In this document: piece by piece, positions 24,376 to 36,600 of the stretch
How the letters are laid out: the number at the start of each line of letters is the position of its first letter
Numbering within the stretch: position 1 is the stretch's first letter
Virus record (IMG/VR): IMGVR_UViG_3300027365_000001
Location: 1-60,134 of that record
Reading direction: 5' to 3' (one strand)
Length of the DNA stretch: 60,134 nt
From: a virus
The notes under the pieces: generated by a model
What the model saw: the letters and a program-made list of their open reading frames with translations, nothing else
The model's database searches: none
What the model was told of the DNA's origin: nothing
Made by a program: the position numbers and the translations under genes

Positions 24376-24603
24376 ATGCTTGAAGACTTCGCCGCTCTCG
24401 GCATTCTGATCACCATCATCGGGTTCTTCGCCTACACGCAGGCGCCGGCACACTGGCAGACGCCGCTCGGCTTCGGCCTGATCGTGTTCGGCTGGGTGCC
24501 GGCAGGGCTGATCATCCTAACCCTGCTCAAGCACCCCGCTATCATGCTCCCTGCCCTGTTCATCCTCGGCATTCTGGTCAGTCAGCGGCGGCGCGCTTCC
24601 TGA
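24376..24603 (+). CDS. small integral membrane protein (75 aa), a lone plus-strand gene between two minus-strand late units
   Basis: AGGAGG-N5-ATG at 24376. Translation MLEDFAALGILITIIGFFAYTQAPAHWQTPLGFGLIVFGWVPAGLIILTLLKHPAIMLPALFILGILV. High GC3. Its last 26 nt overlap the 3' end of the giant gene. Confidence 0.65.
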   Translation: MLEDFAALGILITIIGFFAYTQAPAHWQTPLGFGLIVFGWVPAGLIILTLLKHPAIMLPALFILGILVSQRRRAS

Positions 24604-27600
24604 TCTTCTCCTGCTCGAGATCCTTGCCGACCTGCTCCGTGATCAGGTTGCGCAGCGAGCGCAGCCGATCGAGCTCCAGGCGCTTCGCCTCCCCACTCAT
24701 TTCCTTGTCGAGCTGAATGCGCTTCATGTCGGCGTTGATCTTCGCCAGGTCGCGGCGCACGGCATTGAGCGCCTTGCGCATGCCGAGCTCGCCGGCCTTC
24801 TCTTCAGCCAGCGCCGCGGCGCGCTTCTCGTCGCCGTACTTCTCCAGGTGCATCAGGTCGGCATAGGCGCGATCGGCCTTCTTCAGCGCCTCGTAGAAGT
24901 CGGTCCCGTAACGGGTGTAGGTCGGCTCCTGCGTCAGGTCGCGGTAGAAGCGCTTGATCGGCTGGTACTCGTGCCAGCGCCGGGCCGGCAGTTCCTCTCC
25001 CATCGCGCGGCGCCATAGGGTGTCGGCCGTCGCCACGGCAGTGGCACCTACCGAGCCGGTATAGCCCCTGATCAGGTGGTCGATCTGCACCGGCGACAGC
25101 GCAAGATCCTGGCCGCCGACGGCGCCGGCTGCAGCCTCCATGCCACGGCTCGCCGCATCTGCCAGACGCGACGTGTCCGGCCGGCTGCGCAGGCTCGGGC
25201 TCAGGCGCTCCATGGACTGGTCCTCGATCGGGCGGCCGGTGAACGAGTCCTTGTTCTTCCAGAACACCTCGACCGCCGGCTTCACGAGCTGCGGCGTCGG
25301 GTCGAAGGCGAAGGTATCGGTCAGCATGTGGCCGAGGCGCTGGGCGAACTTCTCGCCACCGACAGCAGGGTCGGCGAATTGCTCGGCCAGGCGCTCGCCC
25401 ATGGTCGCGATGGCGCCCACCTCGAACGGCTTCGGAATGAAGAACATTTCGTCGCCGATGCGGATGATCCAGTAGGTGTCGCGCTGCCAGTCCTCGAGCT
25501 TGCGATATTCGTCGTCGTCGTAGTTGTTGAGGAACAGGAGCGTGCTCGCCAGCGTCAGCGCACCGGTGACCGCCATGAATCGCGCGAAGGCCTGCCGGTC
25601 TGCCTTGGTGCCCTTGCCCATTGCGACCTTGGAGCCAGGCTTGAAGCCAGCCCGGTACAGCTTGTCGAGGCCCTGGATGCGCGCATTCAGGAACGGCACC
25701 AGATCGATCAGGATGCGAATGGCGATAGCGTCACCATGGGCCGAGAAGTCCATCAGGTCGCGCGCCTCGAAGGCAGCTTTCAGCTTGCCCTTCTCCAGGT
25801 TGCGTTCCCAGATACCGGCGCGGTTGATGTTCTCGGCGAAGTCCGTGACCGCGTGATACTTGCGCCAGGCGGTCAGCAGCGCGCCAGGGATCAGCTTCGG
25901 ATCGCGCAGCACCTTGGCCTTGCGCATGGAGACGGTCAGGCTCGCCTTGATCTCGTCGGCGTTCTGGCCATAGACGTGACCGAAGGAGAAGGCCCCGCCG
26001 CTCGCCATCATGCGCGCTCGGTTGTGGTCGTTCCAGTAGGTCAGCGCACCCTTGAACGCGGTCTTGAACGGCACGGCGCTGGTCGGCGAAGTCGCCATTG
26101 CAGAGAGCGTATCGCGCAGACCGTTCGCCACGACAAACTGCGGCGTAATGGTGGTCATGTTGGTGAAGAAGCGCTTGAAGGCGCGGCCAACCTTCATCAC
26201 CGGCGTATTCAGGCCGGCGCTCGATAGGGCGGAAACCGCCTTGAAGGTCAGCGGGTCGCTCACGTCGTACCACTGCTTCTCGCCATCAATCATGACGTAG
26301 GTGCTGGCCTTCTTGTCGCGCTTCGCTTCGGTGGTCTGCTCGGCAATGCCCAGCGCCTCGGCGTTCGCCATGGCCTGCGCCGCGGCCTGATTCTTGAGGC
26401 TCGCCTGAATCAGGTGGTGGAAGTTGAGCAGCGTGTTGTCGAGCAGGTCGTTCAGGTGCTGCTTGCCGCCCTTCAGCTTCTTGTAGGCCTGCTGCCGGGA
26501 CAGGCCGGAGCCGGCGCGCGGGCCGCCGATCGAGTCCTCGTCGATCACGCGGTAGAACGGAACGTAGAACTCTTCGGACCACAGCTCGCGCTGCGAGCGC
26601 TGCAGGTCGTCGAGCTCCTGCGTGATCGCGTCAAGGCGGTCCTGCGGCGTGTTGAGCATGTCGATCTTCATCGACTGCACAGCACCATTCAGCCAGTCGA
26701 GCAGGGCATCGTTCGCCATGTCCACCTTCTGCTGCGCGGTGTTCAGCATGTCCGGCGTGCGCGCGGCGTCGAGCGCGTTCTTGGCCTCGGTCAGCTGCTT
26801 GATGATCGCGGCCGGTGCCTCGTATTTGCGCGCGATGACCAGGCCGGCGTCTGGCTTGCTCATGGCCGGCTTGAGAAGCCCAGCCTGCTCGGCGATGCCC
26901 AGCACGTCGTCGCGGTGCTGCTGCAGCTCCTTCCAGGCCTTCGCGTAGAGGATGCTGCGGCTCTTGCCGTTCTCGAGCTTGCCGCCGGACAGCTTCATGC
27001 CGGCTTGGATCTCGGAGTGACTGAAGAGGTTTTCGCGGCCTTGCTTGAACAGCTTGTTGGCGCGGTTCGCCGCGATCCACCCCATGAAACGGTCGATCTC
27101 CGCCGGAGACCCAAGACTGCGCAGCGTTGCGGCGAGGCCTTGGGTTCCTTCGCGCACGTCGATGACCTTTTCCTTCGGATCGAGGTAGATCCTGCCGGCA
27201 TCCATCATGGCGGAGACGGCACCGCCTGCGGCATGGCTCATGCGCGCCAGCACCCACGAGCTCGAGGCGATCGAGCCTTCCAGCGTATCGGCACCCAGCA
27301 GCGCCTGGTCGTTGCGCAGTAGCGCGGCGTAGCGGTCGACGCCAGCTTGGCGGATGCGCAGGCCAAGGTTATCGGTCAGCTGGTCGAAGCGATCGCGCAG
27401 GCGCTGCGGCAGACTGGTCGGCCCGATCTTGTCGAGGAAGTCCTTCTGCGACTGGTTCAGGTCGTTGAAGGCCTCGGACGGTCGGACGCTGTAGCGGATG
27501 TCGGCATTCTCTGGGTCGAAGGTGCCGACGTTGCCGATGGCAGACTTGATCTGCTCGGGGCGGAAGGCGACGTACTGAATCGGCCCGCTACCATCCGCCC

Positions 27601-30600
27601 AGCCCTTCAGGATCACGCCGTCGTGTCCGTCAAACTGAGCGGACTTGATCATTTCCTCGATCTCGAATGCCGCCACAAGCCCGGCATTGGCACCGCCCAC
27701 GTCGATGACAGCCGGATTCTGCAGCGATAGATAAACCGGCATGACATTGGCTCCCTCGGAGCCAGCAATGAACCCCTCTTCGTCTCTGAACTCTCGCCCA
27801 GCACTCTCCGCATATCGATCGGCATACTCGGTCAGCGGCGTGAAATAGAAGCCCGGCAGCTCAATATGCTTCGCTCTTACCTTCTTGGAGAACTCGCTGA
27901 AGTCGCTGGCCGTCCCGTGATAAACCACCAGTGGCTTGCCGTTCTCGTCGACGACTTTGCTCGATCCAAACCAGCGCTTGAAGGCCGGCGTCTCGGTAAT
28001 GCGCGTCGTGCTGAACCGCTCAGCAATCGGCCCGAACAGCTCGCCGCGACGATGCAGGGCGATGGTGATCAGCGCATCCTTCGCCAGGGCGCGCAGCTGC
28101 GCCGGCGTCACCTGGCCGATTTGGCGGCCGTAGCGGCTGAACATCCAGGCCTTGATAGCGCCGACCAGATCGTCGACCCACTTGCGGAAGGAAGACGGCA
28201 TGCTCTCGTATTCCTCGATGGCGTAGGCGCCGAACTCTTCCACCTCCATGCGGCGCGTGACGGCGCCTTGGGCCTTGGCATCGGCCACGCGGGCGCGGGC
28301 CAGGTCGAAGATTTCCCGAGCCTTGCCGCTCGACCGCTCGGCCTGGCGGTAGAGGCTGCCAAGGCGCCCCTGCAGATCCGCCCAGCGCTTGGAGCCGACC
28401 AGGCTCTCGACGACGGAGTGGAACATTTCGTGGAGAAGAACCGCGTTCGCGTTCTGCTGGGTCAGGTTGCTGGCGACCAGGTGAACCTTGCCGCCTGGCT
28501 CGGTCACCGCCTGAACGCCACGCTTCCCGCGCCCCATGTCCTTCGGCAGGGTGCTGCTGTTCGAGTGGATGACGATCAGGCCCTTCTCGACCATCTTGTC
28601 GACGATGACGCCGAACGGCCCGCGCGTGATGGCGGCGCGAACCTGGTTGACACTCAGCGGCGCCTCGCCGTCCTGGACGGAGTAGCGGATGTCGCCGCGC
28701 TGTTCGTGCAGCTTGTTCGCTGCCTCGCGCACCGCCTTCAGACGATCGCCTTCGTACTCGACGATCTCGATGCCGTTCTTCTTGAGGATGGCCCGCGCCT
28801 CGGCCGGCAGATTCTTCGGCACCACGGCGCCGGCGAACTCGTTCAGGCTCACGGCGCGCTGCGGCTTGGCCTCGAAATACGGAACCGGCGCATTCAGCAG
28901 AGCCTCGGCGGCCAGCATAGCCAGCCCGATCGGATCGCGTGGAGCATGGTCTGCTGCCTTGGCCAGCTCTTCCTGCAGAGCATCCTGGTTCTGCTTCAGC
29001 CGGCGCTCGACCTCGGGAATGCGCGAGTCGCCCGGCTCCAGCTTCTGAAGTCGGCCTGCCCACTTCTGAATCTCAGCCTCGATCGACTGGATCAGTGACT
29101 TGTCCACGGTGGCGGCGCCGCCCGCTGCAGCCTTCATGGCGGCCACGTCGAACTTCTCGGACTTCAGCGCAGCTTCCATCGCCGCGCGGTCGCGCTTCTT
29201 TTTCGTGCTGAACTTGGCGATTGCGCGCATCGAGGCATCCAGCGCCTCGAACGTGTCTGGTCGCCCGTCCCAAGTGGTGTGCTGGGTGAACTTAATCGCC
29301 GCGTCACGGTACTGGTCGAGCAGCTTTTCAGTGACCTTCTTGGCCTCTTCGTATTGCTGCGGATCGACGATGCTTTCCGCTGCAGCCTTGCGCATCTGCT
29401 CAACATCGGAGAACTCAATGGACGATGCAGCGCGAGCATTGCCGGCGCCGAAGGCCATCGTTTTCTCCTGGCCGCGCACAGGGCCGCGCGTCATCACGTC
29501 AACGATGTTGTCGAGCGTGTACGGTACTTTCTTGCGGCCTACGGTCAGCAACGGCTCCCCCATGACCGGGAGTATCTTGCCTTCGACCCATTGCTTGAAC
29601 TCAAGCTCCAGGTTGTTCTCTTCAAGCAGGCGACTGACCTGGGTGCGAGTTTCCCATGGGTCAACATCAGGGCCGCGCTTGGCTTTCTGCAGATCGCCCT
29701 TGAGCGTGAAGGCAGCCCATCCTGGCCGACCCATCAGGCGCTCTTTCACCTTTCCAGCCAGCGCAGGTCGCTTGGCGTACTTCTTGTCGATAGCTTCATC
29801 CAGTAGGCGCTCTACCTCGGCAACCTCTGGCGCTTCGTTCTGATCAAGCTCGGCGTAGCGATTGGCCTTATTGATCAGTTCCTCCATTCCAAGGATATCC
29901 GCCGGCGTGAAAGGAGAATCCAGGGTGGTATCGCGCATGGCAGGCTTCACGTCATGCCCTTTCTCGCGAAGGAACATGGCCATAGCTGCCGGGCTGCTCA
30001 TCCAGTCATCAATGGCGCGCGATCCATCGCCACGATTAACCATCGCATCGAACGAATCCATCACGCGGCGATCGTCGAACTCTTCAGAAATCGGCTTCAG
30101 CGGCTTGAGGATGGCATCTGCGTCCTTAATCTTGGCCTTGCGGAACTCTGGCTTAGGGAAGCGCACGGTGTAGGCGTCAGCGCTGAACACCGGCTCCTGC
30201 CGCGGATCGCCAAGATCCTTGGTGCCGATCAGGGTGATCTCGCCAAACCCGTCGACGCCGCCGGCTTCGGTGGTCACAACGCCAATGGACGGGACAGCGA
30301 TGCCGCCAATCTTGTCGGCGAAGGCTAGGTTCTCGGCGGACAGGTTGTGGATGGCGATCAGGTTGCGGTCGGCTTCAGCCGCTACACTGTAGCGCGGCCC
30401 CTGGTCGAGGTGCTTGGCGCGGATGAACCAGCCGGTTTCGCCGGCGGCGTTCTTCTTGCGGAAGGTGTAAGGGTCGATCTCCTTCGCAGCGTCCTGCGTT
30501 AGGTCGGTGCGGATGATGCCGCGCAGAACCTTACCCTTGGCAGTGGTGTGCTCGATGATCTCCTGCTTGGGCTCCGGCGTGCTGGTCGGCTGGCGATCCG

Positions 30601-33600
30601 GCAGGCTCAGGCTCTCGAGGCGATCGAAGAGCTCGTTGACGCTCTCGGCATTCGACAGGTCGATGTTGCGCTGCAGGATGCCCTCGGCATCGGCTGCATT
30701 GGCGTGCTTCTCGAGCACCAGCACCTGAGTGTTCACCGCGGTGCCGGCGCGCTCGAAGGTAACCGCCGGCATGGCGATCTTCGCCACGGTGTAGAGATCG
30801 GCCGCCTCTTCGCTCTCGAGGAAGGCATCGAGGCGCTTGTCGGCCAGGCCGCCGCGCGGGATCAGCGCCACGATCCGGCCGCCGTCGCGCAGGTGCTTCG
30901 CGGCCTTCGCCAGGTGCTCGGTAGATGTCTTGCCGCCGCTGCCATAGGGCGGGTTCATCACGATGGCGTCGAACTTGTTGTTGATGTGCAGCTGCTCGAA
31001 GCGATCGTTGACGATCCGGGCATTGCCGTTCGCCAGCGCCGCACGCTGCGACAGCTCGTAGCTCGGCTCCACCATCGTCACGTCGGACTGCTCGGGGAAG
31101 AACCGGGCGATGGCGCCATGGCCGGCGGACGGCTCCAGGGCCTTGTCGTTCGGCTGGATGTTCGCCCACTCCACCATCTTGAAGCCGACCGGCTCCGGTG
31201 TGGCGAAGTAGTCCTGCCCCTCGCGCTGGTCGCGGCGCTTGCTGTTCTTCTGCTGCGCCCAATAGAACGTCTTGGCGCGATCGAACGGGCTCGTCGTGAA
31301 GGCGGCCGACAGCTTGCGGTCGTAGTCCTTGCCGCCCTTGCCGTCCTCGGCGCTGGCAGGGAAGGCGTCGGCGTTCTGGTAGGCGTCGATGAAGGCTTCC
31401 TTCAGGCCGCGAGCCTCTTCGCCAAGCGCCAGGTTCTCGGCCGTCGATGCACGCTCGGCGATCTTCGATGCGAAGGCTGCCGCCTCCCATGCGGTGCCGG
31501 TGGTCAGATACCGGAAGATGGCATCGGAGGCCTGGCCGGTGCGGTAGATCCGGCCCTCGATCTGGGTCGCGGCAACCGGCTTGACCGGCATGCCAAGGTT
31601 GATCTCGACGCGCTGGTGCTTGCCGGTGGTGTCGTGCAGGCTCACGCCCTCGCGCCCGGCATCCGACTGCACCACGATCAGATTGCGACCGGAATCGTCG
31701 TCGTTGAACAGGTCGGCATTCGCCCGGCGCTGGCCCTTCGACACGGTACCGTTGAAGAACAGCGCGTCGGGGAAGGCCTCGCCAAGCGTCTCGATCGGCG
31801 AGAACAGGCCGGAGAAGTCCAGCTTGAACATGGGCTTGCCCAGCACGGAACGGGCAAGGCTCTTCACGTCAGGATCTGCAATCTCCCGAATGGCGTCCTG
31901 GAACGGGTTGAAGCCGCCGCCCTTGTTGAAGTCATGGAAGACCACGATCTTGCGGCCGAGCGCCAGGTGCTCACGGATGATCGGCACGGCGGCGCGGGCC
32001 TTCATGGACTCCAGCAGGTACATGCGGCGCTGGTAGTCGAACTGCTTGCTGACCGCCTCGTAGACTTCGCGGTAGCGGCCTTCCTCGGCCTCGCGCAGAT
32101 ACTTCAGGCCCTCGTCGATCTTGGTGCCAACGGCATCGTCGACCAGCACAAACTTGCGGTCATAGTCGTGCGCCACCTCGAGGCGGCGGCCGGACAGCGC
32201 ACCGGTGCTCTTCAGCCACTGGTTGAACTGCTGCTCCATCAGCTGCGAGTTCACGCCAGACTCCGGCGCCGTCAGCTTGTTGTAGCGCATCCGGTAGCCG
32301 AAGTGCTGCATCAGGAAGCGGTCGCGCGGACTGCCGGAGTTGTAGCCGCCGACGTTGCCTTGCGACTTCAGCAGGTCGGCCGGCTCGACGTAGTGGAACA
32401 GGTAACCCTCGGCATAGTCGACGTTTTTCGCGTAGGCGAACGGGGTCGCCGACAGCATAACCGTCTTCGGCAGGCTCTCCTGCTTTGCCCAGCGCTGGTT
32501 CCACTTCTCGCGGGCCGGCTGCTCGATGGCGTTCCACTTCTCGCGGGCCTTGGCTTCGGCGGCCTCGAGGGCGATGTAGCGCTCCATCGGCACGTCTGGG
32601 TTGCCGTTTGCATCGGCGCGGTCCTGCATAGCCGCCGAGAAGGCCTGCCACTCCTTTGCGTGACGCTGGCGCACCCAGCGGTAGAAGCCGGCATGGTGGC
32701 CTGTCAGGGCGCGCAGCTGCTCGAGCGCCGCGGTCTTGTCGCCGCCCTCGTTGCTCGACAGGTAGTGCGACTCGTCGGCGATCACCAGATCCCAATCGCG
32801 CTGCGCCAGGCTCTCGTTCTGGCCGAAGTTCGCATAGGTGGTGACGATCGGGCCGGTCTTGCCGTTGTCGTTGGTGTCGGCCAGCTGCTTGAGCTCGACG
32901 CCCAGCATGCGGGCGAACTTCACCCAATCCGAGGCGATCTTGTCGCTCGGCACGACGATGACGATGTTGTCCTTGCCGTCATTGATGAAGCGCTTGGCAA
33001 CGCCAAGGCCGGTCGCGGTTTTGCCGGTGCCGGTGCCGTTGGTGTAGAGGATGCCGTTGTGCCCGGCCAGGCGCTGCTCGGCCTTGAGCACGTCGTCGCG
33101 CTGCTCGGGCAGCAGCAGGGGAAGGGCGGCGTCGATGCTGGCCTTGTCGCCCCACTTGGTCGGGGCGTTCTGCGCCTTTCGCTGAGCCGCTAGACGTTGA
33201 TCGAGGTCGCCGGCTCCAGGCGCTTGAGCATCGTCAGCAACAGCTTCTTCTCGCTCCTGCTCAACGATCTGTCCTTGGATGCTATCGCCACCGCTTCCGG
33301 TGCGTTCAGGATCTCCGGCAGTGCTGCTCTCAGGCTGGAATTGCCCGTCTGCTCGATATGCTGGCTGATCGCCTCGTTCTCGGCCAGCAGTGGCGCCATC
33401 GCCTGGTAGGCGTTGATCACGCTGTCCGGCACCTTGTTCGCCGTCAGCGCCTCGGCCTGCCTGCCCAGCTCCTTCAGCATCTTGTCCTGCGGCATCGCCA
33501 TCAGCTGCCTGAACGACGGGTTGCGCAGCTCCTGCGTCCGGGCGATCTCGTTCCACACGCTCGCGGGAACCTGGTGCATTCAGGCCTCCTTGCGCAGGCG

Positions 33601-36600
33601 CTTGGCCCGCCGCTTCAGGCTGTGGTCCTTGTCCGTTTCCGCCAGGTGCTCCAGCGTTCTCGCCATCAGTTCGCGGGCTTGCGAAGATGTCTTGTTGCTG
33701 GCCGGCTTGCTGCTCTTGCCGTTGGAGTCGGTCATTGGTGCCTCTCAGGATCTCGGCGCCGGTGACTTCCGGCTCGCCAAACATATTGGTTCCAGGCTGG
33801 GACAGCTGGGCCTGCTCAGTATAGTACCGCAGCGCATCGGCAACCTTATCCCGGCCGCGGGCGCGCGTGAAGCTCTCGCCGCGGTAGAAGATGCTCATGA
33901 ATCCCAAGGTCACCGGGTCGAGTTCGCCGGAGAAGAAGTCATTCTGGCGCACAAGCTCCAGGATGGGGCGGCCTTCGGCGCGGGCCCGGCGGATCAGGTT
34001 CACGGCCTCGAGCAGGTTCGGAGTCGTGTCGACGCTCTCCGAGATCACACCCTCGCGTGCATCCTCACGCATCTTCGCCCAGCTGCCGGCCACGTCGAGC
34101 AGAGCGCCGCCGATGGCCTTGATGTCGGTGTCTGCGCTCTCGAAGAGATCGGTGATCAGCGTCTCGTCGCCGTAGGCGCTGCCAAGCAAGGCGGCCTCGA
34201 TGCGGCGCCGGCCGTCCTGGGACAGCATGCCGTCACCATCCAGGATGCGGCCACGGTCTGCCTTGGCGGCCACGTCGCCCACGAAGGCGCGCACGAAGTC
34301 GCGGTTCGCTGCGGCCTGCAGGTCGCCGCCACGATACAGGTGCAGGATCGGGCCCATCTTGCGGGCATCGGACAGGGCGCGCTCGGTCGAGCTCAGTTCC
34401 AGGGTGGTGCGGTCGTTCGCTTCCGTGGTGTAGGCGATCCGCTCTTCCATGGACATGGGCGTGACGCGCTCGCGCACCAGCACCGGCGCCTTCATGCCGG
34501 CCACGTCGTAGCCCTGGCTTGCCAGCCATTCGCGGTAGCGGTCGGCCATGCCGCGGGCATAGGCCTGGCGGATGGCAAGCGTCCGGCCGTTGCCGCTCTC
34601 GACAACGTTGTCGGGGGAAACGATCGGGGCGCCGTCTGTCGCGCTGGCGCTCTCGCCCAAGAGGCGCGGGTTCAGCTTGCTGGCGATGTCGTTGATCTGG
34701 TCGAGCGAGGCGGAGCGGGAGCGGTCGCGCGGCTGCAGCTCCTTCGGGTAGTCCGGGTTGATGGCGCCGGTGGCATCATTCGACGTGACCAGTTCGTCGG
34801 CCTCGATGACCTTGTGCTTTACCTCGAACTCGCGGCCTGCCGGGGTCGATACGGTTTCGCGCTTGGCGGCCGGTGCCGCCGGTGCGGTGTCGCCGGCGTC
34901 GAGCTGGCGCAGGGCGGCGCGAACCTCGTCCGGGCCGTCCATGCCTTCGATCGACAGGCCGGAATCCTCGATCATGTCGCGGGCGCCGTTATACCAGCTG
35001 CGTAGGTAGGGCCTGACCTTCTCGAGCGGCATGTCCAGGTCCGCCGCCATGGTGCGCGCGAACTCGGCGAAGCGGCGCACGCCGGCCTCGATGTGGAAGA
35101 CGGCGAGCTCGGTGCCCATCGCCAGGATCTCGGGATCGATGCCGCTGTTCAGCTGCGAGCCGTTCAGCTTCGCCTTCAGCTTGGCGCGTAGCTCCGCGGC
35201 GCGGTCGGCGGTCACCAGCTTGTTGCTGGCGCCGTACTCGGCAGGCTTGGTGACGGCCTGCTCGGCTGCTGGCTTCTGCTCGGCTGCCGGTTGGCGCATG
35301 ACGCTCGGGTCGATCACGGTGGCGGTGATGCCGTCTCCCACCTTCTTGGTAGTGACTGGCTTGGCTGCCTTGCGCAGCGCAATAGCCCCGGGCTCGCCAC
35401 GCTCTGCAGCTCCTTTAATTCCGTCGAAACTGAATGGCTGGCCAACAAGCTGCTCTACAACATCAGCCGGGATCTCGTGCTTCTCAGCAAGGCCAGCAAT
35501 TTCGGCGTCGGTCAGGCGACGATTATTTGCAATGGCATGTTCGGCAATGTCGGCAGCGAGCGGAGCCATAGAGCGTCCGGAATATGTACCGGAGAACTCG
35601 CGCGCAATGGAGCGAACACGGTCGGCATAGGCATCAGCGGTTTCAACTATAGGCTGACGCTTGGAGCCAGCAGTGATGCCGTCTCCTACCTTCTTGGTGG
35701 TGACGGGCTTATTGTCGCTCTCTGCAGGCCTCTCTGCGCTCTCTGCTTCATCACGCACCAGCGGCTTCAAGGTCGATCGTATGACTGGCGGCTGTTCGCC
35801 AAACAGGTATTCCTCTGCGCTGTCCTTGTCGGCTTGGCTTGGTCTGCCTAGGTTCGCCTCGAACTGGCGAGCATTGAACTCGTCGCCACGCGCGCGCGCT
35901 TCGTCAATGGCGTTCTGCATCAGCCACTGGTCCACGCGCTTGATCGTGTTAACAGCCTTGCGATTGCCATCCACGTCGATTTTCGGGAACGGCGTTGTCT
36001 GCCGGCCGCTGGATGTCGTCACCACCTCACCAGCGGCCAGCATCCCACCAACTTCTCCGCGGCGCGGTGCCGGCTGGGCTTGATCGCCAGCGGCAGCCAT
36101 GCGCCGGTTGAAGGTGGACATATCCATCTTCTCGGTGCGGGTGCCCATCTTCACCTTGACGAAGCCGTCGCCAACGTCGGTGATGGTGCCCTGCTGGCGG
36201 CCCTTGCCGAGCACGACGGCCTGGCCGACCTGCGGAGCGGATGCAGGCTGCCCAGCTGTCAAGGATTCCTTGACGGTTGCCTCGTCGCCGGCCTTGATCT
36301 TCTGATTCAGCTCGCCGAGGTGCTGCTGGATCGGCACAGCCTCGTATTTCTCGGTATTCAGCGCATCGACCTTCTTCTTGTCGAAGGTCTCCATGATGAC
36401 TTCGCCGGTTTCCTTGTTTCGGATCACCCAGCTCGCCGGCTCGCCCTGCAGGCTATTGGTCGGCTCGACCTTCGGCCGCTCGACGATCTCCTTGGCCGCG
36501 CTCACCGGCTCTTCCTGCTTCGGCCTGGTCAGAGCGTTGATGGCCTGCTCGATAGCCTTGCGGCGTTTGGTCAGGCGAGCGTGCTCGTTGCGAACCTCGC

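Noticed and set aside
25731-32927. Other same-strand alternative-frame ORFs inside the giant gene (for example 25731-26273, 26631-27257, 28020-29063, 30531-31490, 32160-32927 and 37563-38198)
   Set aside because: Unlike 33190-33735, these translate to R/G/P/A-rich junk. The giant frame keeps its G/C third-position bias and recognisable domains through them.
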